Below, one piece after another: positions 37,339 to 51,959 of a DNA stretch of 64,000 nucleotides. This stretch comes from Laetmonice hystrix (lineage: Eukaryota). Below the pieces are notes generated by a model. That model saw only the letters and a list, made by a program, of their open reading frames with translations. It was not told the DNA's origin and searched no databases. The translations under genes were made by a program, and so were the position numbers. Location: contig OZ249436.1 in the NCBI GenBank assembly GCA_965235115.1, forward strand, positions 37,202,001 through 37,266,000, given 5' to 3'. Each line of letters opens with the position of its first letter. Positions within the stretch are counted from its first letter, which is position 1.

Positions 37339-37733
37339 TCACACAAGTGACTCTCGATCTTCCTTAGTCCCTCCTACGTAGCAGTCTGATTTAGATTTTT
37401 TCAATGAAACCCCTTTGTCTTTGCTGTTGCTTTTCGTCGTCAAGGCGTCCGCAAGCGACATTTCCGAGCCGCTAGATGGCAGTGGCGTCGTCTGCATGAT
37501 GAGTTCGTTAACTGTGTTGATGTCCTCCTCAAGTTCGGCGCGGTTGCTCACTATGCTCGGGTTTTTACCGATTTTGTTCAGGCGTTCTGCTGCCACACTC
37601 TCCATGGTTCTACGCATGACTGGATAGTGTTCCAGGACGGCGTTGAAATGTTCCACGGACAGTGAGAACAGGTTACAATACGTCTCAGCACGCACGCTCG
37701 CAACTCGTTTTGCATTGGTCAATAAACAAATCT
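37339..37733 (-). CDS. HCN: HCN channel terminal coding exon (end of CNBD and C-terminal tail)
   Basis: ttccag|AG completes [32 protein letters not shown] (phosphate-binding cassette). Ends ...DRESLV*. Confidence 0.95.
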
Positions 37734-39368
37734 CTGGAAAGAGGAATATATAACAGAGGGGACATTACATACAGGGTTTGGTACTGAAACGTTAATAGAA
37801 AAAAAAACAATTTTATTGTTGTAAACACAATTGTACATAAAATTTATGTCAAAAAGCTGTACACCCCGTTTGCTACTCCTACAACAATCCGACGAATTTA
37901 AAGAGAAACGTGACGTATATCTTTCAATTTGGGGAAGAGTAACTGTTTACCCTAGTAATAGTGTTTATAAAAGATATAAAGATAATCACTTAGCAACTGG
38001 CTTTTTCGGAAGATTCTCTCCACTGTTCTCTCCTTCTACTCGCCTCAGTGAGTATCATAATACCCCCAACATTTTTATGACGCCTGAGGAGCCCCTGAAA
38101 CCCCTTGAATTTGGACCCCCCCCCCTACTCTATTTAATAGTGGAAACGTGGGGTTAACTATTTTAACTAACGATCTGTGTGGAATCATCTTCTGGACACT
38201 GTGACGTCACCACAGTGACCATGGCATGTGGACCGCCCTACACAATTCTTGAAATTGTTGATCAGTCCCTGTAGTAACGTCGGACATGTAATTGGAACTT
38301 GACATTTCACGCACTCAGGTAAAAAACATTAACCGTGTCATTCATTCAAGGTAGCATCGTTGGGTGGTATAGAAGGTTCTATGTCTCGTCTCTCATATAG
38401 CATTCAATGACCTACAAATAATGGCTCAATCGTAGCCATATTTATGAATACGTTCGCATGCATTGTTAGTCTGGCAATTTTCTTTAATCTGTATGAAAAA
38501 GGGTATCTAAATGTAATGTATGAAGCAAGTGCATAAACCTACACTGGCTGTGTTTTATTTTTTATATTCCATTTGTCTCCAGTTTGTGGCCACGACATAT
38601 ATAATTATGCGCACGTATCCATTCACGTAAATTGGCTAGGATTGCAATAGTTACATATTATAATGAACACTGTGGCTAAATTAGTCTGCCATATTGCTCT
38701 CTCCAGTGGTTTGAGAGGCTTCCGTGTTCGGTATGTAATGTGCGACGTGATCGAGCAATGTAACCTTGGTAACACAGACCAAGGTCGTATTGGAAAAGCT
38801 TTGGCCCCTTCAAGGCTAATTGGCCTTTGGTTATATTTTTTTAGCCGTACCACGGTCTGGCATTGACAAGATACGCGAGGGGGCGGAGTACTTGGTCATT
38901 ACACTATAGCCACCAGATGGCGCTGTCCTACCATATGGCTATACTGAGAGAAGTCGAGGAGTTGGGAGTACTGAACTAGCAGATCCAGGTATATGAGAGC
39001 AAATTTGTCCATGTAAAGAAGCTCAATTATCAAAGTATTCCTTCACCATTATGGGAGGAAAAATCACTATCAAATTGTGTCCTGATTGCGATTTTTATAG
39101 TCTAGACATGATAATCAATAATCATCATGTTCGTGATGATCGGACATCGCTTCGGGCCATCTTCGAGGGAGGGAATATAGATGGAAGAATCACTAATACC
39201 ACACTGCACACAACTGTCGGAAAATATTAACCAAGACATAACTGTGACATACGATTACATCGCCTAAACGTGTCGTCGTATAAACATTCTAGCAAACTTC
39301 ACTTCGATATCTTAGGCTATTGGCTTACAAAATATAATAGAAAATTACAACTAGAGAGGGCGAGAAAA

Positions 39369-39399
39369 AGAGAGAGAGAGAGAGAGAGAGTCTGAGAGA

Positions 39400-39454
<55 letters not shown>

Positions 39455-39575
39455 AGAGAGAGAGACAGAGAAAGAGAGACAGAGAGACAGGGAGAGACAG
39501 AGAGAGACAGACAGAGAGACAGACAGACAGAGACACAGAGAGAGACAGAGAGAGAGAGAGCACCAGACAGACAGA
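39369..39575 (+). repeat. (GA)n/(GACA)n microsatellite in HCN intron
   Basis: Directly visible. Confidence 0.95.
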
Positions 39576-39697
39576 TAGACATACAGATATAGACGATTTT
39601 TTTAAAAGTCAGTGTGATATGAGTGAGTGAGTAGTGGTGTAATTGTGTACCAAAAAGCACCGATGAACTGTAAGTGATTTTCACATCTAAAACTCAC

Positions 39698-39941
39698 CTC
39701 CAAAGTATGACCCGTCGGAGAGGCTAGTGGCTACCTCGCCATTCTTCGTGACAACATCAACTATGCCTTCTTGAATGAAATACATTTTAGTTCCTATGAC
39801 ACCTTCCTTGATAATATAGTCGCCCGGTTGGAATACCTCGTACTGGAGTTTTGTGACCACCTCCGACACGAAATTCGGATCAGCATGGGTGAAAAACGGC
39901 ACCGAAGCGACCAGTGCCCGACAATTATAGTTGACGATTTC
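39698..39941 (-). CDS. HCN: HCN exon: end of C-linker and CNBD beta-roll
   Basis: ctatag|GAA...GGA G|gtgagt, 244 nt. [25 protein letters not shown]...KMYFIQEG...DGSYFG. Confidence 0.95.
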
Positions 39942-40129
39942 CTATAGAAATAAAACATATCATTTAATTGGACAGTAATACATTTCATGTTGAATGAAAA
40001 AGCACATCGTATACAAATACCGTTATTCTTGCTTCAATAGTCACCAGTTATATTCTTTCTCTCTCGTTATCAAATCGGCACAAGCCACCTCCTAAAGGTT
40101 TACTTGGTTGTTTTGATTTCAGCCAATTG

Positions 40130-40416
40130 CAGGTGTGAAAGGAATCCAAGTCCCCCTGAAATGTAGGTGCGACGGACCTGTCATCCCTGAAGTATAAGTC
40201 CGACGGACCTGTATTCCTAGGACTTAAGTCCGTGATGTTGTATTATTTAAATACTTCTTCATAATCCTATCACTATATATCCTAACCTTAACCATAATCC
40301 ATTTTCTTAATTCTATTGTCTTATACGAGGAAGTTGATGACCTAGGACCTGTATAACCAAGGAATCCAGGTCCGGCAGACCTCCATTCCGGCGGATTCAC
40401 ATTCCATTCACACCTG
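40130..40416. mobile_element. Small TIR element
   Basis: caggtgtgaa...ttcacacctg termini with internal ggacctg/ggaatcc subrepeats. Confidence 0.55.
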
Positions 40417-43400
40417 TGGTCTTATGAAGGCAAGACTCTGCCTGATCGGCTAAAACCGATTGCAATCAATTTATTACAGTGGCCTGTGTCAGTACGGTAA
40501 ATATATAGCCAGAAATTGGTTAATTGTTTGATGTGAAGATGCATAGTTAAATTTTTATGTAAAGATGAATGCGTTTGTACATGTAGGAGCTGATCTGGAA
40601 TTATTCCTTCTTTTTTTAATTTCCAGTTTCTCTACCAAAAGGGCTCACCCATGCCGAGTTCCCGATGATAACTTAACTTCGTGAAAAAGCTCCCTTAAGG
40701 CCTAGAAAATAATATACTGAACGGCATTGAAAACGTATAGGTCCAAATGTATTATATATTTTCATCACTAGTTGGATGTGCTTTGGTTGAGAACAGGAAT
40801 GTTGTTTTCTGAGTAGTCTATTCCGTTGAGTTACCCGATAGTCGGATACTGACCTGGCTTCTGGTCAAATATCAAATCTGTCTGTTCCTTTCAAATAATA
40901 TTTGAGCTATATTTCCAGCCTATGGTGTTTTTATTGCCGTTCAGTATATAAAAGGAGATATGATGCCTACCATAATATAACATCCCGCCCTGGGCTTACA
41001 TAAATGAACTACTGGCGAAACTACATATCCCATGGTCATAAAAGGTGATATCGCTAATATTTGTTTTCCGGAAAGATGGTATTAGCATGCCATGAACGAT
41101 AATTGCCGCGAGGACCAAGGATCGAAGGAAGACGGGCATTCCGATAAAAAAAACATGGGTCAGCTCGGAAAAAAAATCAAGGACATGAGAGACAGACAAT
41201 CGAAGGGAGCAGGGATTCATCTCCGTTTTCTTTGATCTCGATGATCTGAGAGTCCTGCCCAGGGTCACAGAAGAGAAGATTATTTGCCTTCCTGTCCGTA
41301 CAAACAGCATCTACTTCCAACAAGACACAGCTTCAGCCGTGGGGCAATTAGGGAGTGAATGTGCCCCTAGTGATCAGCTGCTGATAGGACGGGCGATTCT
41401 CTATGGCCGGCGGCAGGACTACAGACATTACTATCGGCAAAACGAATCACCACGAAATATACACACTCTGATTGGAAGACAGTCGGGGTCGCCCTGCCGC
41501 CGTCACCCATACCAAGGGGTTGCTGACGCAAAGACAAACACAAGTCTCTCTGGTCCTCTCCAGGTGGAGTCCTCTAAACAAAACGCTGTGTTAATTTCAT
41601 ATACAAACGCCCTACAGAACCGCGGCCAGTAAAATTAATGTTATGCCCACTTGTGTGTGGACAATTGCTATGGACTCAGAAATCCATACCCAGGGATTGC
41701 TATCGGTGGGTTCTATATTTGTCAAACGTTACAGTGACCCCTCCCCCCCCCTCCCCCCAACTTCTCCCCGCCGCCACATCCACCAGTGTTGAATGATGTT
41801 ATCGCTTTCATCAAGAGGCAAGAGTCAAATCATTTTCCGCTACTGCTGGCACGGCAGGGCGCTTTTGCGACCGAAATGTGCGTTGATTCGGGCATTTCCG
41901 ACGACTTCCAGCGTTCAATATGCAATTCCATGTCTCATCCTCGGTTTAAGACCCGTCCTCCCCGTGCTTAAATGTCTGGAAACCGTTCTTCGCCAAACGT
42001 CACAATCGCCCGTCGGTGATAGAAGTCAAACAAGTTTCGCTGTCGACGTCATATTGAATGCTGACAAATTGCTTCTCTGCCTGCTCGTTTCTCAGCGCTC
42101 GCCATTTTTTACAGCCATGAGAAAATAACGTTTTCCATTTCACTGAAAACGCGCTGCTTTCCCCCTTTAAATTCACTTCAATAACCGTGATTACAGTTGT
42201 GAGAACGTTGCAATCAGCTAATAGGTCGAAATGCTACTACCATCTGTGTGGGAACGGCCACCTGATTTCAACAACGAAATAAATCAGGCAACTCCTTTCA
42301 ACGACACAACTGGAGCTCTCCTTGACAGGTCTATACAAATTTGCATTCAGGTGAGATTAAACGCCGATATTTAACCCCTCAGTATCCGACGTTGTATCTG
42401 GGACAAGGACAATTCGAATCCTATTACAAAAATCGGGGAGATTTCCTCCTGTGATATCATTACCGACCTGTGGTCTGGTTCGAATCGAGACAATAAAACT
42501 TGACAATCACGCCGTATCGGCAGTTTCCCACTCCACCCACCCGACTAAGTTATCGATGCATAGTCACCGCAAACGGCATCTTTTATGTAAACTTGCCTGA
42601 TTGCGTAAAGCTCGCAATCCGAAAAAGCTAAATTACATTTCGTTGCGGCACTCCATCTGGCGGAAAGGCAGGATTCCATATTTTTCCATATAAAAATGTT
42701 TTTGACAATAAAATGGAGAAATCTCATGAATACTGAACAATTTATTCCGACACATCGTTTGAATAGCGCGGAGAAGAAAACACGCATTCAATAGTTCTCA
42801 GAACCGTGGTCTCCCACCAAGTTTCTGTCATTTAGTTTGGAATAACTCAAGTGACACTTTACTTTAACCAATCAACGCAGCCTGATTGTCTGCAGCCCAA
42901 TCAGCAGAAGCAATTTTCAGTTCACTATACAACTTGAACAAGCTTAAGAAAAAATACTTTGGTTCAATTCTTTCGTTTCCGTCTTAACTCCATGCATAGA
43001 ATACAGTAGTGGTCGAGGTAGGGGGGTATACGGTGGGGGTACGCCCCCCTCTATGAGTTCCAGCAGAAGTGTTCAATATGTACACTTGGTCCAGGATTCT
43101 AGGAGGGGGCGGGCGCACGGGGAGGAGTCCAACAAGGTCTCAGAAACGAAGAATAAAGAGCACCCCGAAACCCGCCCCTGTGCGAGACATCTACGCTTTT
43201 TCGGGTCTGGTCAGCACATTTCCGAACACTGTGAACAACAAATCGGGGGTAAAAGGGTTAGAGACCATACAAAAGGTCATGACCCGACATCATTCCGAGA
43301 CTGGAACACCTACAATACCCCGCGGCCGGCCTTGTTTGACTGTGCACCCACGCCGCATCCTTCAAAGCCTTCACATGGCCTTGAAGACTTCAAAAGACTA

Positions 43401-44403
43401 CTGTATTACAGGTAAAATTTCCATAGAAAAGATTAACCTACCAGAGTGCATTTTGCCTCACCTTCCAGCCAATATTACAGCTAGGTGTGCCTTTTAATGT
43501 TATTTCTGTAGAAGGACGTATTCTTATGTTGTCCGTGATGATTTTCAAATATTCTGAGCGAAAAAAAACAACAAAGAATTACGCTTCTGACACGAACATG
43601 ATGCCATGCCTGGTAACCTTCACACTTCCGAAAGCGCCCGTGTATAATCCCACTAGTCACTTCCATTTGGGGGTTCTGGGACGGGTACACTTCCGGTTGG
43701 ACTTCCGGAAGGTCGGTGGAGACTTCCGGTTGGACTTCCGGAAGGTCGGTGACACTAACTGTCATGGCTGCCTCCACATGAGTGAGTCCGGAAGTAAAAT
43801 CTGGACCCGTTCATACTAGCCTAATGACGCAAACATTTGGTAATTTGAAGGCCTTGAAAGATGCTAGGTACCATCAACCCAACCAAAGCTTAATTCCCAC
43901 CGTAGTGGTTCCAGTTAGAATAGGATTCTATTTGAATCAACCCCACTTTTGCGCTTTCTGATGGTCTGTGTCGGTATTGGTAAATCGGGTCAGATTGAGA
44001 AATTAAGTAGGCCTACGAGCCAATCAGAAGCCTGTGCTATAGACATGGACCATATTTTCTAGCCTGAGATCTATAGCCTAGGTCCCACCTGCCCGGATAT
44101 CTAGGACGATCCTCCCAGTAGCACGCGGCAACGACCGCTCGCACGAAATGATACTAAAAGTCAATTGCACGTCCGTCATCTTTTAATCGGTCCAATGGAT
44201 TTTCAATGGTACCATGCCCGCTGTCCCAGCACAGCACGTGCGTCGGATAATCTGTTTCAAGTCGTGCAGCAAAAATCGCTCCCCAATGCGATTCTCGCGG
44301 CGTGCTGCATGGGTCTCAGCCAATAGGATAACAGCTAGTAAGTTGCTGGCGATGGCTTGACCTCTTTCCAGAGGGGTCGCGATCAGTAAGCACGTGGATG
44401 ACC

Positions 44404-44600
44404 ATGAATGAACAGCTTATCATTGAAGTGCAGAAATACCCGGAATTGTTCGTTCCTCAAGTCATCCATGACCAAATCGAAGAGTTCATTGAACTGAGAT
44501 CTGGCCATCCTGAAGTAGGCTGCCCCTCAAATCTCTCATTGAAATTCTCCATATTGTGTCCTCAGTATTAAAGCTTGTCGTGAAACCAAAACGTTCTTGG
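44404..44600. pseudogene. Decayed PIF/Harbinger relic (MADF-like start on plus, transposase N-terminus on minus)
   Basis: Plus strand: MNEQLIIEVQKYPELF. Minus strand: RTFWFH..RTQYGEFQ*..*..YFRMARSQFNELFDLV, with stops and a frameshift. Confidence 0.65.
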
Positions 44601-46592
44601 GTCCATGTCCATGTGTGCATAGGCCTTGACCCGACGTCACGGAATGCGGCATGAGATGACGGCGCGGCATGATACTAACAGGCCACCATAGTATGCACAT
44701 ATACCTCAGATTACCTGTGTATCTCCCTCCCACCGCCATCCCTTCCCATGCACCACAGAAAGTGGGCCCAGATTCTGCAGTCACTGCATGCGTCTGATAA
44801 AAGAACGTGGATCTATAATGCTCCAGTTAATGAACTCCCTTAGCCTTCGCTTTACAGTTCTTCAGTCACAGCTAGAACCTCCATTACCCATAGGGTACAC
44901 GATTAATACACGATACGATTCCCATGGGTACAACTATAGTTAACTCTAGGGACATGGCTTGGTGAAAACACAACACACACCAAGAGGGACTCGGTTATAC
45001 TACACCACTCTAAACGGTAAAACCTGATGAGGGCAGTGCCACTCCAACTCAAATTTTATGAGCTCACCAGGGAGACGTGTAACCGCCTATAGTTTGTGGC
45101 CAGTTAATGAGACCGTTACAATTAAAGCCAGTCGCTTACCATCCCCTATGTCGACTTTTTAGCAAATCAAGCGACACCTGGGACCCGTCAGCGAGAGGCT
45201 TCTGTCGACATCATCATATTATGAAATATCACGCAAATTAAGGCCGATATTTTCTTCACTATGTAACTGCCCACCTAACTGTCACATTAGAATGGTCAAA
45301 ACTTGGTCTGCTGGTCATCATGCTCCAGCTAGCTGATGCGTAAGCTGCAGGACAGAGGATGGTGTTTCAAATGTACACTTTAGTTCTATGTCCTCAGGTT
45401 ATTTTGAGATTCGGTTTATAGATTATAGTCAATGCGAGGACCCATAGCTGTACAGCACCTTAATCTCCGTCGGTTGTAACATAATCACCACAGAATTCCC
45501 GTCTTAGTCGTATTCCATGCCACATTTGTATGGCACTTACAAATTCTGCCAAATATTAACAACAAATTAACCAAATTAAGTCAGTTAACTTAGATTTCAA
45601 AATGCAACAAAATGCATTCCTTTTGACCGAAAAGAAACATCGAAGTAAAGAAACTCATTACCAAACAATTTAGAGTTCAGAGTTCAGAAAGGGGAAATAG
45701 TAATTGTGTAAGTCGAGGTCTTTCACCGGTAAGTTTTCGTTTCTTGGACATCAAACAATCATCCAACTGAACACAGCAGCTAACGGCAGCCTTGCATGCC
45801 AAAATTATATACAGCGACGGCAAAACAAGGTATGACGTCACAATATCAAAGCGAGGTGGCGTTTGTGAGGACCGTTGCTGCAGGGTTGATTGTTTCCCAC
45901 TGCTCTCAAATTATCTGCTTGTACGTGACGACCGTTCTCATGAGAGTCAGACATGCATTACATATCAGTCTTGGATGAAAAAAAAAGAGAAGACATATGC
46001 CTTTAAATATGAATGTGATTTTAATGGGTCACGTTTATCATCCTACCTTTTACCCCCCACGTACTGTTAGCTGCCAACCTTCCAGCTGCATGTCCCAGGG
46101 TTCACAAAGGCTGCCAATTTCTGAACCTGTTCCTTATATCTCTGTCCCTTTTATGCTCCGGACGACTGACCGGAATGCCCGGAATGGTCTAAATGATTCA
46201 TTGCACTGAAGCAGGAAAGTAAAGGCACGTTTGGCAGGAAATATGGGTGTCCCCTTGAACTTGCCACATTTCCACGCAAACACACAGGGCACAAAGTCGG
46301 TCAACCCCCCACCGCTAATGGGCAACCTTTCGACTGATAGGTGGCACTCCCGGCGCTACCATGTTACATGACGTATTCGCAATTCCAAGACATGAACCAT
46401 TATAATCACAATGAGATTTCATTTTTGATTTGGCAGGTTTCTGGTTAGATCTACATTCTATCCCGATACCTTACGTCAACTACCGCCCCTAGCGGCAGCT
46501 GCTGCCTGAGCGGGACATCAAAGCTTGAGGACAGATTAGCCAATCAGGAGAAGCCTTACTCCTCCTTTGTTCAACCTGCCAGTAACAAGTTC

Positions 46593-47029
46593 TCCAGCTC
46601 CACCGGAGTTATGCCTATGATGGAGCGATGGTGGGTTGGAATCCCCCAACTTAGCTAAATGCATAAGTTAATTATTAGAACCCCCCCAGCTCCACCAGAG
46701 TTATGTCTATCATGGAGCGATGGTGGGTTGGTATCCCCCAACTTAGCTAAATGCACAAGTTGTTATTAGAACCCCCCCCCCCCAGCTCCACCAGGGTTAT
46801 GCCTATCATGGAGCGATGGTGGGTTGGTATCCCCCAACTTAACTAAATGCATAAGTTGTTATTAGAACCCCGCCCCCCCCCAGCTCCACCAGAGTTATGC
46901 TTATCATGGAGCGATGGTGGGTTGGTATCCCCCAACTTAGCTAAATACACAAGTTGTTATTAGAACCCCCCCCCCCCCAGCTCCACCAGAGTTATGCCTA
47001 TCGTGGAAATGCACAAGTTGTTATTAGAA
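46593..47029 (+). repeat. Tandem repeat of about 95 bp, about 4.5 copies
   Basis: ccagctccaccagagttatgcctatcatggagcgatggtgggttggtatcccccaacttagc...attagaacccc, with a variable poly-C tract. Confidence 0.9.
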
Positions 47030-48852
47030 TTACCTGACCATACCTTAAAAGGGGTTGTCCTAACCTACATTCTCTTGTGCCTATTCCATTTAACACTGGT
47101 CAGGAACCACCCGTTATTACATTGTTTAAAAGCCCAACTCTGTACCTTATTCAGTCATTATTGACTTGACATTAAAGACCTTTTTCAACCAATGACTTGT
47201 TGTCCTTCCCTTCATTTAGCTAACGAGCTGGGTTGCTTCCCTCACCGGACAAGGTAAAATATTAGTACTTGAAATAGAGAATTTGCTACTGAATTCTATT
47301 TAACATTGTCTGTTGCATTTATGACATTTAATTTAATCTAAAAGACGTCCTTTCGTTGTCTTTTTAATAGCAGAGCTATGCGGAGGGGTGTTTTCTTAAA
47401 ATGAAACAAGCGGGAGTGGGTTTTTCCACTGTAGCTATGTCAGGAGCCTATGCTCATTTGTCTGCGGTTGCGTCACTCAAAGTGGGCCAACTAGAAGCCA
47501 CACCTCAGTTACATGGCTTAGCTCATTAGGCTTCCCAGTGGCACCATCAATCTGATGACTTGGCATGCCAAACAGGGGAGTTTCACATGCATACACGTAC
47601 GCTGTGCTAGACTTCTTCATTATCAACTAAACCTTCATAGCCTGGAGTATCTTATGATCAGCCGGGGTATCTTATATATATTAATGGGGGGTTTATATAT
47701 TTTCCACCCATGTTTGAAGGTCGGAATCCGTATAGATTTGCCTCTCCTTTTGCGAAGCCTTCGCCGCCTTGCTTGGTTGACCAAGCAACTGAAGCTAGCA
47801 AAGCATTGTAACATGTTTAATGACCGAATTACGGGTATTCAAGTTTTATGGGCCAAACGACGACGATAATGAAAGCGGTGACAGAGGCGCCCGCACGGCT
47901 GGCTCTAATCTGATCATGATTAGTCGACTGGCAGTCGGCAGCCCTTTCTATACACGTCAAAGTGTCCGCATGGGGCGCTGCAAGTTTTGCCTGCAATCTT
48001 GACGTTAACGACGCTACTTGTGCCGACCGCCCGTTTACGACTTGTCTAGAGCAGGGATTGACAATATCGACTAGGTGACCATGTGCAGGACAAGAAAGTA
48101 CAACGTCACTAGTCTTTTGAAATACATGTGCAGACATAATTTCCCTCCCTCACTTTCTTCCCCTTCCTTCTGCTAGCCAGCCGACTAGCATAATGATCTC
48201 TTCAGAAAATAGAGTTACAAAATGCTGACTCTTTCTCTCTTTTCATACGACTCGCATCGTCGCAAGAAAAAAAACCGTCATGCATCGTAGGTGGCTTTTA
48301 TGTTTCTGACAAAGTTGGTTGCTGTAGTGTTTGTAAACTGTAGGATGCTGGTATTATTTGGTTACTTCATCTGCCTGATGGGCAGCACTCGAGCAGTCCG
48401 TCACCAACTCCGCCCGGCTGATGGTCGCCTGTCTGACTGCCTCTGTTAAAATCTCTCAAGTGTTTAGATGTATAACATCTATACATCCCAACTGTCCCGT
48501 CCCTCCACTTATAACCGTGCCTCCGATCCTCCCCCGTCCATTAGGCGACATTCACGCGCACCTAACACACGGGATTCAATTCATCGACGCTAATCAACAA
48601 TCAGGGAGTACTTATTCACATACAACGCCAAATGACCCAATCGCAACTAATGATCAGGAGTATAATGTGCATAATGCACGCGTGCATGTACGGATGTGTG
48701 AATGGATATGTGTAGGCTTGTATGAATATAAATGTTTGTGTAGGTATGTAATTAACATGTATGCATCTTTGCTGGTGAAATCTGCCAACTTAATTAACCA
48801 TACTGGTCTTCTTTATATTGACAGGGGGGATATAATTTAGCGTTTTACTTAC

Positions 48853-48999
48853 CTCTCTGAGACATTCATTGAGTTCGCCTAGAATACTATCTTCGTCAAA
48901 CATCTTTCCTTGGTATCGGTGCTCATAATAATCTGATATCCGCTGGCGGAGATTTCTGGGGAGCTTTCGGTACACCATGTATTCTTCAACTTGTTTAAA
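48853..48999 (-). CDS. HCN: HCN exon: C-linker
   Basis: gacag|TTT...GAG|gtaagt, 147 nt. [14 protein letters not shown]...[13 protein letters not shown]...ELNECLRE. Confidence 0.95.
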
Positions 49000-51959
49000 C
49001 TGTCGAAACAAAACCGGAATAGAGCTAGACATGAGTAAGTGAATTGATGGTCTGCAATGTCAACAGTATAACATATTCAGAGCGAGAATATACAATGTGT
49101 ACCTGGTTCAGTCAAGGCGAGTCCTATTTTCCATAAGGAGTAATATAGGTAAGAAGGAACGTTCTGGTTGTTATGTAAGTAAGCGATCGTCAGAACAACA
49201 ACAAATGTAGCATTGGTGTTTTAAAAAAGACACATAAGTGATGATGCCTAATTTAAAGCACTACAAAAATTAGAGCGCACGTTTCCAGTATTTAGTCCGT
49301 TCACCCTAAGAAGTCATTAATTCATTGAGATCAGTGGTAACGAATGGGGTGACGGCACCACTTGTGAGTGGTAACAAGCTCCGATGTTCCAGGCCACATC
49401 TCTGGCGTCGTGAAGCCTACATCATTGTCTGGGCTGGGAGTGGGAGCGGGATGAGCGGCAAAAAGTGCCAAACATTTGGGGAATTTTTGTACATTTACAA
49501 TCCATTTTACGATTTTCGCCATTTTCAAGGAGAGTCTCGGCCTTGAATTTATTTATGCAAATTCAGTTCGCGCCAGTTTTTCGAGTGAATGAACTATAAT
49601 AGGAGCATCGGACGTTAGCCTTCATTATAGTGTCGCTATTTTTGATGCCCATTTCATCTCGCTCTCATGGCAGAGTTTCTGGTAATCCCACCCAGAACAG
49701 ATCCCGGCAGACGCGAGCGGAGGCGTCAGCATTTTCAATACCGACACCATGGGGTTGGTATAACAGGAAAGCGGGCCCTGAAAATATCTCAACAGTATCG
49801 GTTGAACACAAGGTGTTTGGACGGATATCAACCTGTCGGCGACCGAATAGGAGAAAGGCGAATCTTTTGAATGAATATAAAACTCCCACGGGTTGCCATG
49901 CCCAGATTAAACCTGGGACGTGAACGTCTGAGGACAGTATGGGGGCGGGGAGCGATCCTAATGGCTGGTGTAAAGCCTTTTGTTGTTATCGATGGAAACC
50001 CGATCCGGCGAATGGCACCAAGATAGCAGTAAGAATTGACACTGGGGATTCTACAGAAACTATCTGCTCGGGTTAGTCCCAACGGAAGGGGATGAGGGCT
50101 TTGGAAATTAGCAAAATATATCGTATTTCTGTTCTTCTGCGACAGGGGGGTCCTATAAGGGTCAGGGGGCCGCCTTACCAAAGTCACGTTATTAAAGCAA
50201 CCACCGACTATGTCTTATTTCAATGACTCCGAAATGCAATCGCCCAATGAATTTTATTGGCTGTTCAAGTCAAGGCCAGCCATGAGACGATCGCTTCATA
50301 GCAACAACAGGCAACTGGAATGTTGAATTTCATTAGATTTCTCCATTTCTGTGGGTATACATTTATTGATTTATGTAGTCTAAGACCTTATCTAATCCAA
50401 CAGCCCACGTCTGCATTTTGTAGTCATTAAAATAAGAGATTGCGGTGTTTGCTTTATAGTTAATAACCAGTTGGTCTGTCACTGACTCCTATGTAAATAA
50501 ACGATAGCGTTAATAACCAGACCTTAGTAAGATGGGCCCTAAGTCCGATTGAGACCGGTGGGGAGAATTTCCCTACAAATTTGCAAGAGGAAAACCGAAG
50601 GACGAACCTTCCTGAAGTAAGGTGTAAACGCTGAGGAATAAGGCCACAATGGTGACTGAATTAAAACGTCAACCATTCTTGATATTCCACTCATTTTAAA
50701 ATAGATTCTCACGCTCTTGGCTTCTTAAAGGAGAAATATATAATAAAAAAAGAATAAAATTTTAAAATAACAATGTATCAAACTATAATGATGCAATCTG
50801 GTTTAGAACCCCAACGCGATGTAGCGGCTTATTCTAATACTCTTTAACAGTTACCTCATAACAAAGGATTTGCAGCGTAAAAAAAATCTATGAATGTGAT
50901 TGTGAAAATATTCTATACCACTGTTCAAAGAGTGAATGGTTTTTCGCCCCAATTAACCACACGTTTGGTCCTTCATTCCGACAGTACATTGCCTCTAGTA
51001 GAACTGACGCTACTGGCGCTTACAGAGAAGATAGCAGCTAGGTCCATTTCATTGTGGAAAGAAGCGGCGATATGCAACGTCTTTCAAACCATCTGTTATC
51101 GCGTCGGGAACATGCGGTGAGGTCACACTCGAATATCCTTGTGATATTAACTGAAATAACCGTTCTGGTGACTCGATTGGCACCTTTCATGGTTATTGCC
51201 CAGTCACAATGAGGCCATAGACCATAGACTGCAGCAGCATTAGCATCAATATCAGCAGCAGCCCTATCCTCACTGCTCACCACCACAGGTATGCTGAGAA
51301 ACAGAAATAGAACTAGAGAATGTAAAGAAGGATAAAATAAAAAAAGAAATGACCCCCCCCCCCCCCCATTAGCAAAAGAGGCATAATATTGTTTTATAAA
51401 AAGAAAGTCTGGTCAGATTTCCTTTGGTTTCTTAGCTCCTTCACAAATAATCATAAACATTCCCATACTAATTTCCGACGCACGCCCTCTACGTGCCCTT
51501 TTACCTTAGCTCGACTACAGACAATACCCAGGAAGCCTTTGCAATGCCTTGCTTGAGCGTTACACAATAGACTTGGTAGACAATACATTTAGTGCCACCC
51601 ACACAACGACAACCATCCCTGTTATAATGCCGTGGGCACCCATATGAGGGAGATCCACAAGGCCCAGTTCATCTTGATTCAAATACAACACGCGACATCT
51701 TAAGGCGGGCTTTCCCTTTCGCCGCCAAACTGACCGTCGTCGCCTTTCATTTGTACGGATGCACAGGAAGGTAGCCAAGAGGCCGTATTGACAGGTGCCA
51801 ACCAAGGGACCTCGGTAACAAAGATAGCGAGTCGGGTTTTTATTGATTACATGTAGCCACGGACGCCGAGACAGGTGTCAGAATGCCACTCAAAGACACC
51901 GTTCTGTCTGTCCACAGTGAAAATGACGTCCTCTGTGCCGCCGCACAGAGATACGGCGG

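Noticed and set aside
39325..39684. LSLSLS / RERERE ORFs
   Set aside because: These are translations of a GA microsatellite.
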